From assembly GCA_035559535.1 (NCBI GenBank), contig DATMBG010000051.1, positions 248,001 through 312,000 of the forward strand: a DNA stretch of 64,000 nt, given 5' to 3'. Position 1 is the stretch's first letter. Every line of letters starts with the position of its first letter. The position numbers and the translations under genes are program-made. Shown piece by piece: positions 9,202-18,922 of the stretch. The notes under the pieces are model-generated. The model did no database searches, was not told the DNA's origin, and saw only the letters and a list, made by a program, of their open reading frames with translations. Origin of the DNA: Candidatus Limnocylindrales bacterium. GTDB taxonomy: Bacteria > Moduliflexota > Moduliflexia > Moduliflexales > JAUQPW01.

Positions 9202-10365
9202 GTGGATCGATTAAACCACGTGTACCTGGAAATTCATACAGCGGATATTCTTTCCTGTAATATCTGTTCGTTTAAGTATTGCCGGGGAGCCTGTCCGGTT
9301 TATGATATGGTACGTTCAGAGGGTATAGCTCCTTCGGGTTTCAACCACTATGCTTTAGGCATATTGAAGGGAATGATCCCTTACACCCCTTCTGCTGCGG
9401 AACAGATTTACAAATGCATGACCTGCGGGGCCTGTCGAACCGACGGATGTGTAGTTCCGGGTTTTGGTGACCCTATCGATACCCCCCGAATTATTGAAGC
9501 CATGCGGGCCGAAATTGTAGAGCAGGGGATGGCTCCACAATCTGTCCGGGCACTGGCTCAACGAATACTGGAAACCGGTAATCCCTATGGAGAGCCCCCG
9601 GAGGCCCGGGGAGCCTGGTTACCGGTCTCCCTTCTATCTGAGAGGCAGGCCGATATTTTATATTTCATGGGTTGTGCAGCCGGATACGGATATCCGGCTC
9701 CCGCCCAGGCGGCCCTCCGCTTGTTAGAAAAGGCCAGAGTACCGGTTATACTTTTAGGAAACCGGGAACCCTGTTGCGGGCTGACTCTGTTCTCCATAGG
9801 TGAACGAAAGAAAGCCGCCGAGTTAGCACGCCGGAATGTAGAAACCTTGCAGGCTACAGGAGTTCAGGAAGTCATCTTTTCCGATGCAGGCTGCTATCGC
9901 GCTTTCAAGAAAGTCTACCCGGAGGAATTGAAGGTATCTGTTCCTTTTAAGGTTTACCATATTACAGAGTACCTGGAACGTCTGGTCCTGGAAGATCGTC
10001 TGACCTTTAAAAAGAAGCTAGAAAAAAAAGTAACCTATCATGACCCCTGTAACCTGGGTATCCAGTCAGGGGTTTATGAGGCTCCAAGAAATCTTCTCGG
10101 CAAGATTCCCGGGTTGAAATATATAGAGATGAAAAAGACGCGGGATAAAACGCGATCCGTAGGGGTAGGAGGAGGATTTGAATTCATTTTTCCTGAGATG
10201 GCCAAAGAGCTTGCTTTAAAGCGTATTGAGGAAGCCCAGGCTACAGAAGCTGAAATTCTTGTAAGCGCCTGTCCTGCTGTCGAAGCTCATCTCACCGCTA
10301 CTGCCTCGGGACAAACAGGACTTTTAATCCAGGATATAACCGAACTTTTGGTTGAAGCCCTGTAG
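9202..10365 (+). CDS. Fe-S binding protein, GlcF/GlpC/HdrD-like (4Fe-4S dicluster plus CCG domains)
   Basis: CNICSFKYCRGACP, CMTCGAC...C, FMGC, PCCG, YHDPC. Confidence 0.83.
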   Translation: MDRLNHVYLEIHTADILSCNICSFKYCRGACPVYDMVRSEGIAPSGFNHYALGILKGMIPYTPSAAEQIYKCMTCGACRTDGCVVPGFGDPIDTPRIIEAMRAEIVEQGMAPQSVRALAQRILETGNPYGEPPEARGAWLPVSLLSERQADILYFMGCAAGYGYPAPAQAALRLLEKARVPVILLGNREPCCGLTLFSIGERKKAAELARRNVETLQATGVQEVIFSDAGCYRAFKKVYPEELKVSVPFKVYHITEYLERLVLEDRLTFKKKLEKKVTYHDPCNLGIQSGVYEAPRNLLGKIPGLKYIEMKKTRDKTRSVGVGGGFEFIFPEMAKELALKRIEEAQATEAEILVSACPAVEAHLTATASGQTGLLIQDITELLVEAL

Positions 10366-10502
10366 AAGGTAAACTTATGATCCAGGGATTTCAAAACCGA
10401 GGGATAGTATGGGATTATATTAAACCCAGGAGAGGGTAATTTGTCGTCTCTAAATAGTTCCTTTAAGGAAGAAGGAACCATTTATGAGAGCCCATTTTTT
10501 AT

Positions 10503-11045
10503 ATGTCATCTATTCAAAGGACCATTAACCGGACTGTCTTAGAATTGGTTCAAGGAGATATAACCGAATTGGCGACCGATGCCATTGTCAATGCGGCCAA
10601 TACCGCCCTGATTCTCGGGTCTGGAGTAGCCGGAGCTATAAGGAAGAAAGGTGGACCTCGTATCCAGGAGGAATGCAACCGAATTGGAGGTACCCATGTG
10701 GGAGGGGCCGTGATTACAACGGGAGGAAATCTTCCTGCCAGATATGTTATCCACGCGGTAGGTCCTCGATGGGGAGAAGGGAATGAGGACGATAAACTTC
10801 GGCAGGCTACTTTAAACAGCTTAAAGCTGGCCGATCAGCATCAACTCAAAAGCATAGCCTTTCCGGCCATCAGTACCGGAGTTTTTGGTTTTCCCATGGA
10901 CCGGTGTGCTCGAATTATGCTTACCACGACCCGGGAATATCTTCAAGGAGATACAGGATTAGAGAAAGTAGTATTTTGTCTCTGGGATACTCCTGCCTTT
11001 GAAACCTTTCGGTCGGTTTTAGAAGAGTTATCTTCTGACATTTGA
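10503..11045 (+). CDS. Macro domain (ADP-ribose-binding/O-acetyl-ADP-ribose deacetylase-like) protein
   Basis: QGDIT, AIVNAAN, GSGVAGAI, VIHAVGP, SIAFPAISTGVFGFP. Confidence 0.9.
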   Translation: MSSIQRTINRTVLELVQGDITELATDAIVNAANTALILGSGVAGAIRKKGGPRIQEECNRIGGTHVGGAVITTGGNLPARYVIHAVGPRWGEGNEDDKLRQATLNSLKLADQHQLKSIAFPAISTGVFGFPMDRCARIMLTTTREYLQGDTGLEKVVFCLWDTPAFETFRSVLEELSSDI

Positions 11046-11301
11046 AGTAGGGAACAAAGTACGATGTCGTAACCAGGTATGGGAAGTTATTAAGATTAAA
11101 GATAATGGAGATGGTTCCTGGGAGGTAAGGCTCTATCCTGAAAATGAAGGGAAGCCCCAATCCTTCCTCTACCTCCCATACTTCCATCGAACCTGTCCGT
11201 TCTGCCATCGATTATCTCACAGATTGCTGAAAAAACCTTTTGATTATTTCCAGGAGCTGGGAACCATCATAGATTTGCTTTATCCGCTGCAGATGGAGTA
11301 G
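11035..11301 (+). pseudogene. Possible remnant of the 5' end of a SNF2-like helicase gene
   Basis: 88-codon open frame with no canonical start (CTG): LTFEVGNKVRCRNQVWEVIKIKDNGDGSWEVRL...; resembles F..G..VR.R...W.V N-termini from memory only. Confidence 0.3.
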
Positions 11302-11326
11302 GGGCGTACGGCCGTACGCCCCTACT
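11297..11326. repeat. Perfect 30-bp GTAG-type REP palindrome followed by a T-run (possible terminator)
   Basis: agtaggggcgtacggccgtacgcccctact followed by a T-run. Confidence 0.7.
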
Positions 11327-11362
11327 TTTTTATCGAAACGCCAGGCGAGAAGGTATCAGTAT

Positions 11363-11539
11363 ATGACCAAACCTTATGAAGACGAAATCGCTGCGAATCT
11401 TGATCGTGCTGAGGAGTCGATACAAGCAGCAAAAATATTGCTTGCAGCAAATCACTTTGATTTTGCAGCATCTCGTGCCTATTATAGGAGAGATTCTATT
11501 CAGTTTGATATTACTCGTCCTTATGCAAAAAACCTTTAA
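11363..11539 (+). pseudogene. Truncated HEPN-domain protein (N-terminal half)
   Basis: MTKPYEDEIAANLDRAEESIQAAKILLAANHFDFAASRAYY matches the HEPN N-terminus (A..RAYY). Similarity stops after about 41 codons and no R-x4-6-H/Y motif is present. Confidence 0.6.
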
Positions 11540-12698
11540 AATCGCTGGCGGAGACCTGTTCCCGGGCTACGGCCTGACCAATCCGGCATAAAGCTTCGAT
11601 TTGATCCACACAATCTATTTCTGAAACCCGGTCCAGATCAATGTCCCTGGGTAAACCCAGCTCGTCAAAGCGTTTTCGTGTGAAGGAAACGGTATAACGA
11701 TGATACGTTAACATCCTGGTCGCGAAGGTAATAGCCCGCGCATCTATGGACCTTGTCGAGGGAAAGTTGGATTTGGGAGCATTGACTTGCAATTGCTCCA
11801 CGTCATTTGTGGTCGGCATATCGGCATCGTCCATTTCATAATCCATCCACCTCGGCTTAGGTGTATGGCTGATAAGCTTCATGAGTAAGTTCTGCTGTAC
11901 ATTGACATCGTCCATAAGAACTTTGACTATATAGTTGGCCCAGTGGACAAGGGTATAATTTTGCGCTTTGTCTCTGGCAATTTTATTCTGCTTAAATCCC
12001 GTACCTATCGAGATGAGTAAAATTTTATCTACCCCGGTATCCCACCCGGCACTATATCCCGGTATCGTCGCCTCAAGAAATAATTGAAAGGAAGGATTAT
12101 TGAACATACTGACTCCGCCGTCTATGAAGTCCAGTCTCCGTCCATCCGGTAAGGTAATCCGGTGGGGAGGGAAAAAGGTCGGTGCTGCAGAACTGGCTCT
12201 AACCAAATGCCAGAGCGGAATTCTGCTGTTCTCTTCAAAGAATTTGTTCCTGGGACTGTTAACAAAAAACCAGGGTGTACCGGTGTTTATATTTTTGGCA
12301 ACAATCATCAGCAGGGTCCGTAATTGGTCTGAACCTAAGGTGATATCTCCCAGAAGATATTGGAGTTGCCGTTCTAAAGGCTCTGGGTTGTATTTTGACC
12401 ATAACCGACCCCACAACCACCGCTTTTGAAAGACCCGAGGTCCTAATCGTATATAAAAATCCCGTAACTCCCTTGCCGACAAACCCATGGCAAGCCCTGC
12501 GGTCAGGATCGAACCTGTGCTTGTACCCCCTATGAAGTCAAAATAATCTGCCAGACACCGCCAGCGAGAGTCAGGTCGACAAAGAATATCCTCGATCTTA
12601 ATAAGAATCTCGATGGCAATTAAGCCGCGAATACCTCCTCCATCTATGGAAAGCAGACGCTTGGGACGTTTTAAGGCGAGCCTTTCACTTGGAGTCAT
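11511..12698 (-). CDS. Patatin-like phospholipase
   Basis: DGGGIRG oxyanion motif, GTSTG nucleophile, ASSAAPTFF, DGG catalytic Asp. Confidence 0.88.
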   Translation of the reverse strand: MTPSERLALKRPKRLLSIDGGGIRGLIAIEILIKIEDILCRPDSRWRCLADYFDFIGGTSTGSILTAGLAMGLSARELRDFYIRLGPRVFQKRWLWGRLWSKYNPEPLERQLQYLLGDITLGSDQLRTLLMIVAKNINTGTPWFFVNSPRNKFFEENSRIPLWHLVRASSAAPTFFPPHRITLPDGRRLDFIDGGVSMFNNPSFQLFLEATIPGYSAGWDTGVDKILLISIGTGFKQNKIARDKAQNYTLVHWANYIVKVLMDDVNVQQNLLMKLISHTPKPRWMDYEMDDADMPTTNDVEQLQVNAPKSNFPSTRSIDARAITFATRMLTYHRYTVSFTRKRFDELGLPRDIDLDRVSEIDCVDQIEALCRIGQAVAREQVSASDFKGFLHKDE

Positions 12699-12741
12699 CT
12701 TTCAACACGAACCGTGAATCGCACATCCTGAACTCGTTATT

Positions 12742-15700
12742 TTAATTATTTAATTGAACCGAAACTATCTTTGAAACTCCAGGCTCTTCCATGGTAATTC
12801 CATACATAAGATGCGCAATTTCCATGGTTCTTTTGTTGTGGGTAATAATGATAAACTGGGTGGTGCGGGCCATATCTTGTAGGAGGTTTAAAAATCGTCC
12901 TACATTGGCATCATCCAGGGGAGCGTCTACTTCGTCCAGAATGCAAAAGGGACTGGGCTTGATAAGGAAAATGGAGAAAAGCAAGGCAATACTGATCAAC
13001 GCTTTTTCCCCTCCCGACATTAAGGAAATTTTCTGAAGCCGCTTACCGGAAGGTTGGGCGAGAATTTCAACCCCGGTCTCTAAAATGTTCCCGGGGTCCG
13101 TTAATCGAAGCTCGGCAGAACCCCCTTCAAAGAGTTTTTGAAAAACTCCCTTAAAACTTGCGTTGATCGTGTTAAAGGCTTCTATAAAACGAGCCTCTGT
13201 AGTGGCATCGATCTTCTGAATGGTGGCGTAAAGGGAGTTCATAGATTCTGTTAAATCGGCCTGCTGATTGGAAAGAAAATCATACCGCTCCTGAAGGGCC
13301 TGATACTCTTCAATGGCAGCCAGGTTCACATTCCCTAAGTTGGCCAGCTTCTCCTTTAAGGCTTCAATGCTTTCTTCGATTTCCTGATCGGAGAGCGGAG
13401 AAGCTGAAGTGCGGGAAGTTGTGGAGGTGAAAGAAGTTTCTTCCCTGACTTCAAACTCCTCCAGGGGTAATCCTAACTCCGAGGTGATCCGCTCTTTAAT
13501 ATGCTCAAGGGTAACGCGCAGTTCGGTATTTTTAATTTCTTCAGCCTTTAATTTTTCATGGATAACCCCATAACTTTCCTCACGCTCTTTTAAAATTCGC
13601 TCAGTATTTTCCAATTCCCTGGCGGCAGCAAAATGTTTTTCCTGATGAGCCTTTTCCTTTTTCTCAAGCTTTTCCCTGGAATCCAGGAGGCTCTCAAGGA
13701 CGTCCTGGGTTTCTTGAATGGCTATTTCATACTCCTCTCGTCGATTTCGGGCCGTGGTAATCCGCTCCTGAGTCTCCTGGATCTGTAAAGCCAGGGATTG
13801 ATTCCGTTCTGTAAGCCGCCTGATATCCTGGTCGAGACCGCGTAGTTTTTCCTTCAGAGCCGTATAATGAACTTTGCTATCGGTCAGCCCGGCTACCGCT
13901 TGATCCTGTTGTTCTCGACTCTGTTGAACTTTATTTTGTAGGTCAGCAATTCTCTCCTCCTTTTCGACCTTTTTTTCCTCCAGATTCTGTTTGATTCCAA
14001 GGGTTTTGGATAATTCCCCATCTATTCCCGTTATCTCCTGACTCAGTTGAGACTGCTCCAGGTCTATAAACTCTAAACGCTTTCTTAACTGCTCCAGGTC
14101 TCTTTCTAACTGGTTTACGGCATTTTCTTTATTGATCAAATTGATTTCCTGCTCGCGTCGCGTCTTCTCTAAATTTTTTAAAGCACCCTGGTAAAGCTCA
14201 AGCTTATTTTTAATTTCACCTTCTACCTGAAGAAGCCTTTGTAAACCCCGTTCATAGTTTTCGACCTGCTGTTTTAACCTATCCATTTCTCCCTTTTTGG
14301 CTAAAAAACCGGTCTCCAACCGCTGGCTCGCCCCCCCATAAAGGACTCCTTGAGAGTCCAAAACTTCTCCTCCCCGGGTGACACAAATCAAAAAGGGATA
14401 CTTTTGATGAACCCGAATCGCTTTTTCTAAGTTTTCTACAACAACTATCGAATCTAATAGAATCTGAATCGTTTCCTTAAATTCGGCTTTACAGGTGATG
14501 AAATCAAATGCCTTCCCGATGATATCAGGATCCTCATTAAGGATAGATGCAGGGACAGAAAGACCCGGGGATGCGGGGATAATCCCTTGATTCTTCGATT
14601 CCTGCCCCTCTGTATTCCAGGAGACGGTATCGCCATGCCTGAAAGGCATAAAATAGCCTCGCCCTGATTTCGTTTCTCGTAAAAACCCGATCGCTTCTAT
14701 TCCCTTCTGATAGGTCTCTACAATCAGAGTTTGAATTTTATCTCCAAGGATCGCTTCAATGGCGACTTCATAGCCCGGTTTGGCTTTAATTAAATCCAGG
14801 ACGGTAGATTGGATCCCCAATCTTTGGGAAAGATCGGGATTTAACAAAAGAGATCGGGTACCTTCTTTGAATCCGGCATAGGTTTTCTGAAGCTCTTTCA
14901 GCGATTCGTAACGAGAACGATTCAAACTGAGCCGATCCTTCAATAAGCTTATTTTTCTATCGAGTTCTTGAAGCGTTTTTTCGATACCCTGAATCTTTTC
15001 CTTTAAAACAGGTTCCGTTTTATCCAGTTCTCCCCTCTTCTCCTGAAGCTCCTGAACCACCCCCTTCAGGCTCTCCAATTCTGCTTCCTTTTCTTTCCTC
15101 TGGACTTCTATCGCCTCTCGTTCCTTCTTCAGCCTGATCAGGTTCAAAGAAACTCTCTCCTTATCTTTTTTCAGCCGAAGAATTAGATTATTTCCCCGGG
15201 TTAAGTCCATGAGGAGATTCATGAGCTGGCCTTTTTCTTTGTCCAGTTGAGCCTGCGCTTCCGAGAGCTGGAAGTTCAAGATCTTCACGCTTTCCTCCTG
15301 ACTCTCCAGATTCCGCTGATAATGGGTTATCTCTTGAGATAACTCTTCCCATTGGGTCTTTTGGGCCTGAATTTCCTCTTCTGTTTCTTCTTGCTCTTTT
15401 CGAAGCCGGGAAAGGATCTCATCTCCTTTTTCCAGGATAATTTTTTGATCCAGAAGCTGTTGTCGTAGCTGCTCTAATTTTGCTTCATGTAACTGGATGG
15501 TGCTGGATACACCCTGGAGTTGTTGTCGAATCGTATTCAAATTTTCTTCGGCTTTCTGGAGCTTCTCCCTTTTTTGAATGGCTTCTTCTTGAAGGGCGGA
15601 GATCTCGGTTTTTAGTTGGGCCACCTCTCCCTGTAAGGTTTGCAACAAAAGGGTACTCTGCTCCAATTTTTCTCCTAAAGCTCGATACCGGGAGCGATAA

Positions 15701-16386
15701 AGTCGGGTCTGAAGAGCCTTTATTTCGTTCAAATAACTCTGATAACGTTCTGCTTTTTTAACCTGTCTTTTAACCGACTCCAGTTGACGTTGGACTTCCA
15801 GGATGATATCTTGAACCCGGGTTAAATTGAGCCGGGTGGCTTCTAACTTCTCCAGGGTCGCTTTCTTGCGAGCTTTGTACTTGGTAATACCGGCAGCTTC
15901 TTCGATAAGGGCCCTTCGCTCTTCGGGCTTCGCATGGATAATGAGATCAATTTTTCCTTGCTCGGCGATGGAATAAGCCCGGGCTCCAATCCCGGTGTCC
16001 ATAAAAAGTTCTTGAATATCTCGTAAACGACACGGTTTTTTATTCAGAAAATACTCTCCCTCTCCGGAGCGAAACACACGACGGGTAATGAGGATCTCAC
16101 TGTACTCCAGGGGAAGAACTCCGGCAGGATCTACAAATCGAAGGGAAACCTCGGCCATCCCCAAGGGCTTCCGATTTTTGTTGCCATTGAAGATCACGTC
16201 TTCCATGGAATCGCCCCGCATATGCTTGGCACTCTGCTCCCCCAATGCCCATCGAACGGCATCAATCAGGTTGCTCTTCCCACAACCATTAGGACCTACA
16301 ATGACGGTTATGCCGGGTGGAAGGGTTAAATGAATCTTCTCTGGAAAAGATTTAAATCCAGATAGTATAATCTCTTCTAAGTACAT
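12742..16386 (-). CDS. smc: Chromosome segregation protein SMC
   Basis: GFKSF, Walker A GPNGCGKSN, long coiled coils with a central hinge, signature MSGGEK, Walker B/D-loop LDEVDAPLD. Confidence 0.96.
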   Translation of the reverse strand: MYLEEIILSGFKSFPEKIHLTLPPGITVIVGPNGCGKSNLIDAVRWALGEQSAKHMRGDSMEDVIFNGNKNRKPLGMAEVSLRFVDPAGVLPLEYSEILITRRVFRSGEGEYFLNKKPCRLRDIQELFMDTGIGARAYSIAEQGKIDLIIHAKPEERRALIEEAAGITKYKARKKATLEKLEATRLNLTRVQDIILEVQRQLESVKRQVKKAERYQSYLNEIKALQTRLYRSRYRALGEKLEQSTLLLQTLQGEVAQLKTEISALQEEAIQKREKLQKAEENLNTIRQQLQGVSSTIQLHEAKLEQLRQQLLDQKIILEKGDEILSRLRKEQEETEEEIQAQKTQWEELSQEITHYQRNLESQEESVKILNFQLSEAQAQLDKEKGQLMNLLMDLTRGNNLILRLKKDKERVSLNLIRLKKEREAIEVQRKEKEAELESLKGVVQELQEKRGELDKTEPVLKEKIQGIEKTLQELDRKISLLKDRLSLNRSRYESLKELQKTYAGFKEGTRSLLLNPDLSQRLGIQSTVLDLIKAKPGYEVAIEAILGDKIQTLIVETYQKGIEAIGFLRETKSGRGYFMPFRHGDTVSWNTEGQESKNQGIIPASPGLSVPASILNEDPDIIGKAFDFITCKAEFKETIQILLDSIVVVENLEKAIRVHQKYPFLICVTRGGEVLDSQGVLYGGASQRLETGFLAKKGEMDRLKQQVENYERGLQRLLQVEGEIKNKLELYQGALKNLEKTRREQEINLINKENAVNQLERDLEQLRKRLEFIDLEQSQLSQEITGIDGELSKTLGIKQNLEEKKVEKEERIADLQNKVQQSREQQDQAVAGLTDSKVHYTALKEKLRGLDQDIRRLTERNQSLALQIQETQERITTARNRREEYEIAIQETQDVLESLLDSREKLEKKEKAHQEKHFAAARELENTERILKEREESYGVIHEKLKAEEIKNTELRVTLEHIKERITSELGLPLEEFEVREETSFTSTTSRTSASPLSDQEIEESIEALKEKLANLGNVNLAAIEEYQALQERYDFLSNQQADLTESMNSLYATIQKIDATTEARFIEAFNTINASFKGVFQKLFEGGSAELRLTDPGNILETGVEILAQPSGKRLQKISLMSGGEKALISIALLFSIFLIKPSPFCILDEVDAPLDDANVGRFLNLLQDMARTTQFIIITHNKRTMEIAHLMYGITMEEPGVSKIVSVQLNN

Positions 16387-16414
16387 AACTTCATCTGAAA
16401 CGTCAGGAGGTTTT

Positions 16415-16485
16415 TAACTTTAGTTAGCCGCTAACTCTAGATATTTTTTGAAAACTAACTTTAGTTAATCAACCAAAAAAGTCAA
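16415..16485 (-). promoter_or_regulatory. Putative smc promoter with repeated TAAC-N4-GTTA boxes
   Basis: TTGACT-16 nt-TAAAGT on the minus strand; taactttagtta occurs at 16415 and 16456. Confidence 0.35.
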
Positions 16486-16708
16486 GTTTTTTCTTGTCAA
16501 GAAGTTCTAAAAAACTTTATCTAACATACACAGTCGAATGTATTTGTAAAGGGAAAAAAATAGATCCAGAAACAAAAACTACAATTATCTTGACAAGTGA
16601 CAGGGATATAATAAAACGGAACTTGAGAAAGGGACAAAAAACAGACTTCTATTGAAAATTTTTTATTCACCAATTTTCAATTGAAAAGATCTGAGGATCC
16701 TAGATGGT

Positions 16709-17989
16709 ATGAAGGAAAAGGTTGTATTGGCTTACTCGGGTGGTTTAGACACATCGGTTTCCATCAAATGGCTTCAAGAAAAATATAATATGGACGTCAT
16801 TGCCCTGACCGTTGATGTAGGTCAAGGAGATGACCTGGATGCCATCAAAAAGAAAGCCATTCAGGTGGGGGCCATTAAATCTATCGTGGTAGACGCCCGG
16901 GAGTTATTTGTGAAATATTTCGTGTTCCCGGCCTTACAAGCCGGGGCTATCTATGAGGGGGAATATCCTTTAGCCACTGCCTTAGCCCGACCTCTTATTG
17001 CCAAGTTACTGGTTGATGTGGCCTGTTCCGAAGGGGCCACAGCGGTAGCCCATGGCTGTACAGGGAAAGGGAACGACCAGGTTCGATTTGATGTTTCGAT
17101 CCATACCCTGGCTCCCCAGCTTAAAATCATTGGTCCGGTTCGAGAATGGCGTATGACGCGGGACGAAGAGATTGAATATGCCAAAAAACATGGAATTCCG
17201 ATACCGGTTACTTTAGAGAGTCCTTACAGTGTAGATCAAAATCTTTGGGGGCGGAGTATTGAGGCAGGTGTTCTGGAAGATCCCTGGATAGAACCTCCCG
17301 AGGAGATTTATGAATGGACCGTTAATCCGGCCAGGGCTCCGGATACCCCTCAGTATCTGGAAATTGGGTTTGAGCAGGGAATTCCCACAAGTTTAGATGG
17401 GGTTCCCATGGATGGGATTACCCTCATTACCCGGCTCAATAAACTGGCGGGTCAACATGGAATTGGGCGGATAGATCATCTGGAAAATCGCCTGGTGGGT
17501 ATCAAGTCCCGGGAGATCTATGAAGCCCCGGCAGCCACCGTTCTTCATAAAGCCCATCAGGCCTTAGAGGATATGACCCTTTCTAAAGACGCGGCCCGAT
17601 TTAAAACCCTTGTTTCCAAGGAATATGCCGATCTAATTTATAACGGTCTTTGGTTTTCAGCCCTTCACCAAGATCTATTGGCTTTTGTTGCCAGCAACCA
17701 GCGTTATGTAACCGGTACCGTCCGGGTGAAGCTTTTTAAAGGCGTTTGTAGCGTAGTTGGGCGCAAGTCACCCTATTCCCTCTATAATCTGGCTCTGGCC
17801 ACCTACGATTCACGGGACACCTTTGACCATAGTGCGGCGCTGGGATTTATCAAGATTCATGGCTTGGCCCAGAAAACCCAGGCCCAGGTGCAACTCCTGG
17901 GGGAAACCGCTACAGTCAAAGAACTTCCTTCCATCACACCACCCACTCTAAATAAGGAACAGATGGAAATCATTGAAAATACACAATAA
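16709..17989 (+). CDS. argG: Argininosuccinate synthase
   Basis: [40 protein letters not shown]. Confidence 0.96.
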   Translation: MKEKVVLAYSGGLDTSVSIKWLQEKYNMDVIALTVDVGQGDDLDAIKKKAIQVGAIKSIVVDARELFVKYFVFPALQAGAIYEGEYPLATALARPLIAKLLVDVACSEGATAVAHGCTGKGNDQVRFDVSIHTLAPQLKIIGPVREWRMTRDEEIEYAKKHGIPIPVTLESPYSVDQNLWGRSIEAGVLEDPWIEPPEEIYEWTVNPARAPDTPQYLEIGFEQGIPTSLDGVPMDGITLITRLNKLAGQHGIGRIDHLENRLVGIKSREIYEAPAATVLHKAHQALEDMTLSKDAARFKTLVSKEYADLIYNGLWFSALHQDLLAFVASNQRYVTGTVRVKLFKGVCSVVGRKSPYSLYNLALATYDSRDTFDHSAALGFIKIHGLAQKTQAQVQLLGETATVKELPSITPPTLNKEQMEIIENTQ

Positions 17990-18061
17990 CCAGCCCAAAG
18001 TCCCAAGCCCAAAGCTTCTGATTCCCAGGACTCTGGACTTGGGGCTTTAGACTTAGGGATA

Positions 18062-18841
18062 ATGATTCGAGAAAATTGGGTAAAGAAAGCAATACGTTCT
18101 GGGAAAAAAACCATTGGTGGATGGCTTCAGTTGGGCAGTCCTATGGCAGCGGAAATTATGGCCCATGCAGGATTTGATTGGCTTCTGGTAGATTGTGAAC
18201 ATAGCCCGGCGGATTTTCAAACTCTGATGTTGCAATATCAGGCCATGAGTGCAACGAATACGATTCCTCTCTGCCGGGCTCCCTGGAACGATTTAGTAGC
18301 CATCAAGAGAATTCTGGACGTAGGGGCCTATGGGGTCATGGTTCCCTGGGTCAATAATCAGGAACAGGCTGAAATGGCCGTGAAAGCCTGTAAATATCCT
18401 CCAGAGGGTCTACGAGGCGTAGCTACCAGCGTTCGTGCTGCAGGGTATACACGAAATGGTGCTGAATATCTCAAGCGGGCCAACGAAGAGATCATGGTCA
18501 TCGTCCAAATCGAAACTTCAACCGCCGTCCGTAACATCAAAGAAATCCTCTCGGTCAAAGGAATCGACGTGGTTTTCATCGGGCCTAATGATCTCTCCAC
18601 GGCTATGGGATATCCAGGAAATCGCGAACATCCGGAAGTTCAGGCGGCGATTGCTACCATTGAAAAGGCAGCAAAAGAAGCTGGAGTCGCTTTGGGGACT
18701 GTTTCCAGTAGCCTGGAACACGCTAAACAGCTCTGGGATAAGGGCTATCAATTCATCCATCTATCCGGAGATGTAACCCTTCTTGCAAAAGGATCTACCG
18801 AAGTGGTTAACAAATTTAGGAGTGAAGTCAAACAAGAATAA
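18062..18841 (+). CDS. HpcH/HpaI family aldolase
   Basis: GFDWLLVDCEHS, LDVGAYGVMVP, YPPEGLRG, QIET, FIGPNDLS. Confidence 0.9.
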   Translation: MIRENWVKKAIRSGKKTIGGWLQLGSPMAAEIMAHAGFDWLLVDCEHSPADFQTLMLQYQAMSATNTIPLCRAPWNDLVAIKRILDVGAYGVMVPWVNNQEQAEMAVKACKYPPEGLRGVATSVRAAGYTRNGAEYLKRANEEIMVIVQIETSTAVRNIKEILSVKGIDVVFIGPNDLSTAMGYPGNREHPEVQAAIATIEKAAKEAGVALGTVSSSLEHAKQLWDKGYQFIHLSGDVTLLAKGSTEVVNKFRSEVKQE

Positions 18842-18922
18842 ACAAGAATAATCTAAAGTCTAAAGTCCAGAATCCAGAGCTCCAACGGCTCTGGACCTTG
18901 GATTTTAGATTTATGAAAGAGG

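Noticed and set aside
11511-16386. Patatin plus SMC as a CBASS-, Wadjet- or Lamassu-type defence system
   Set aside because: The SMC is a canonical full-length housekeeping SMC with a hinge; no CD-NTase, JetABD or LmuA/C partners are present.
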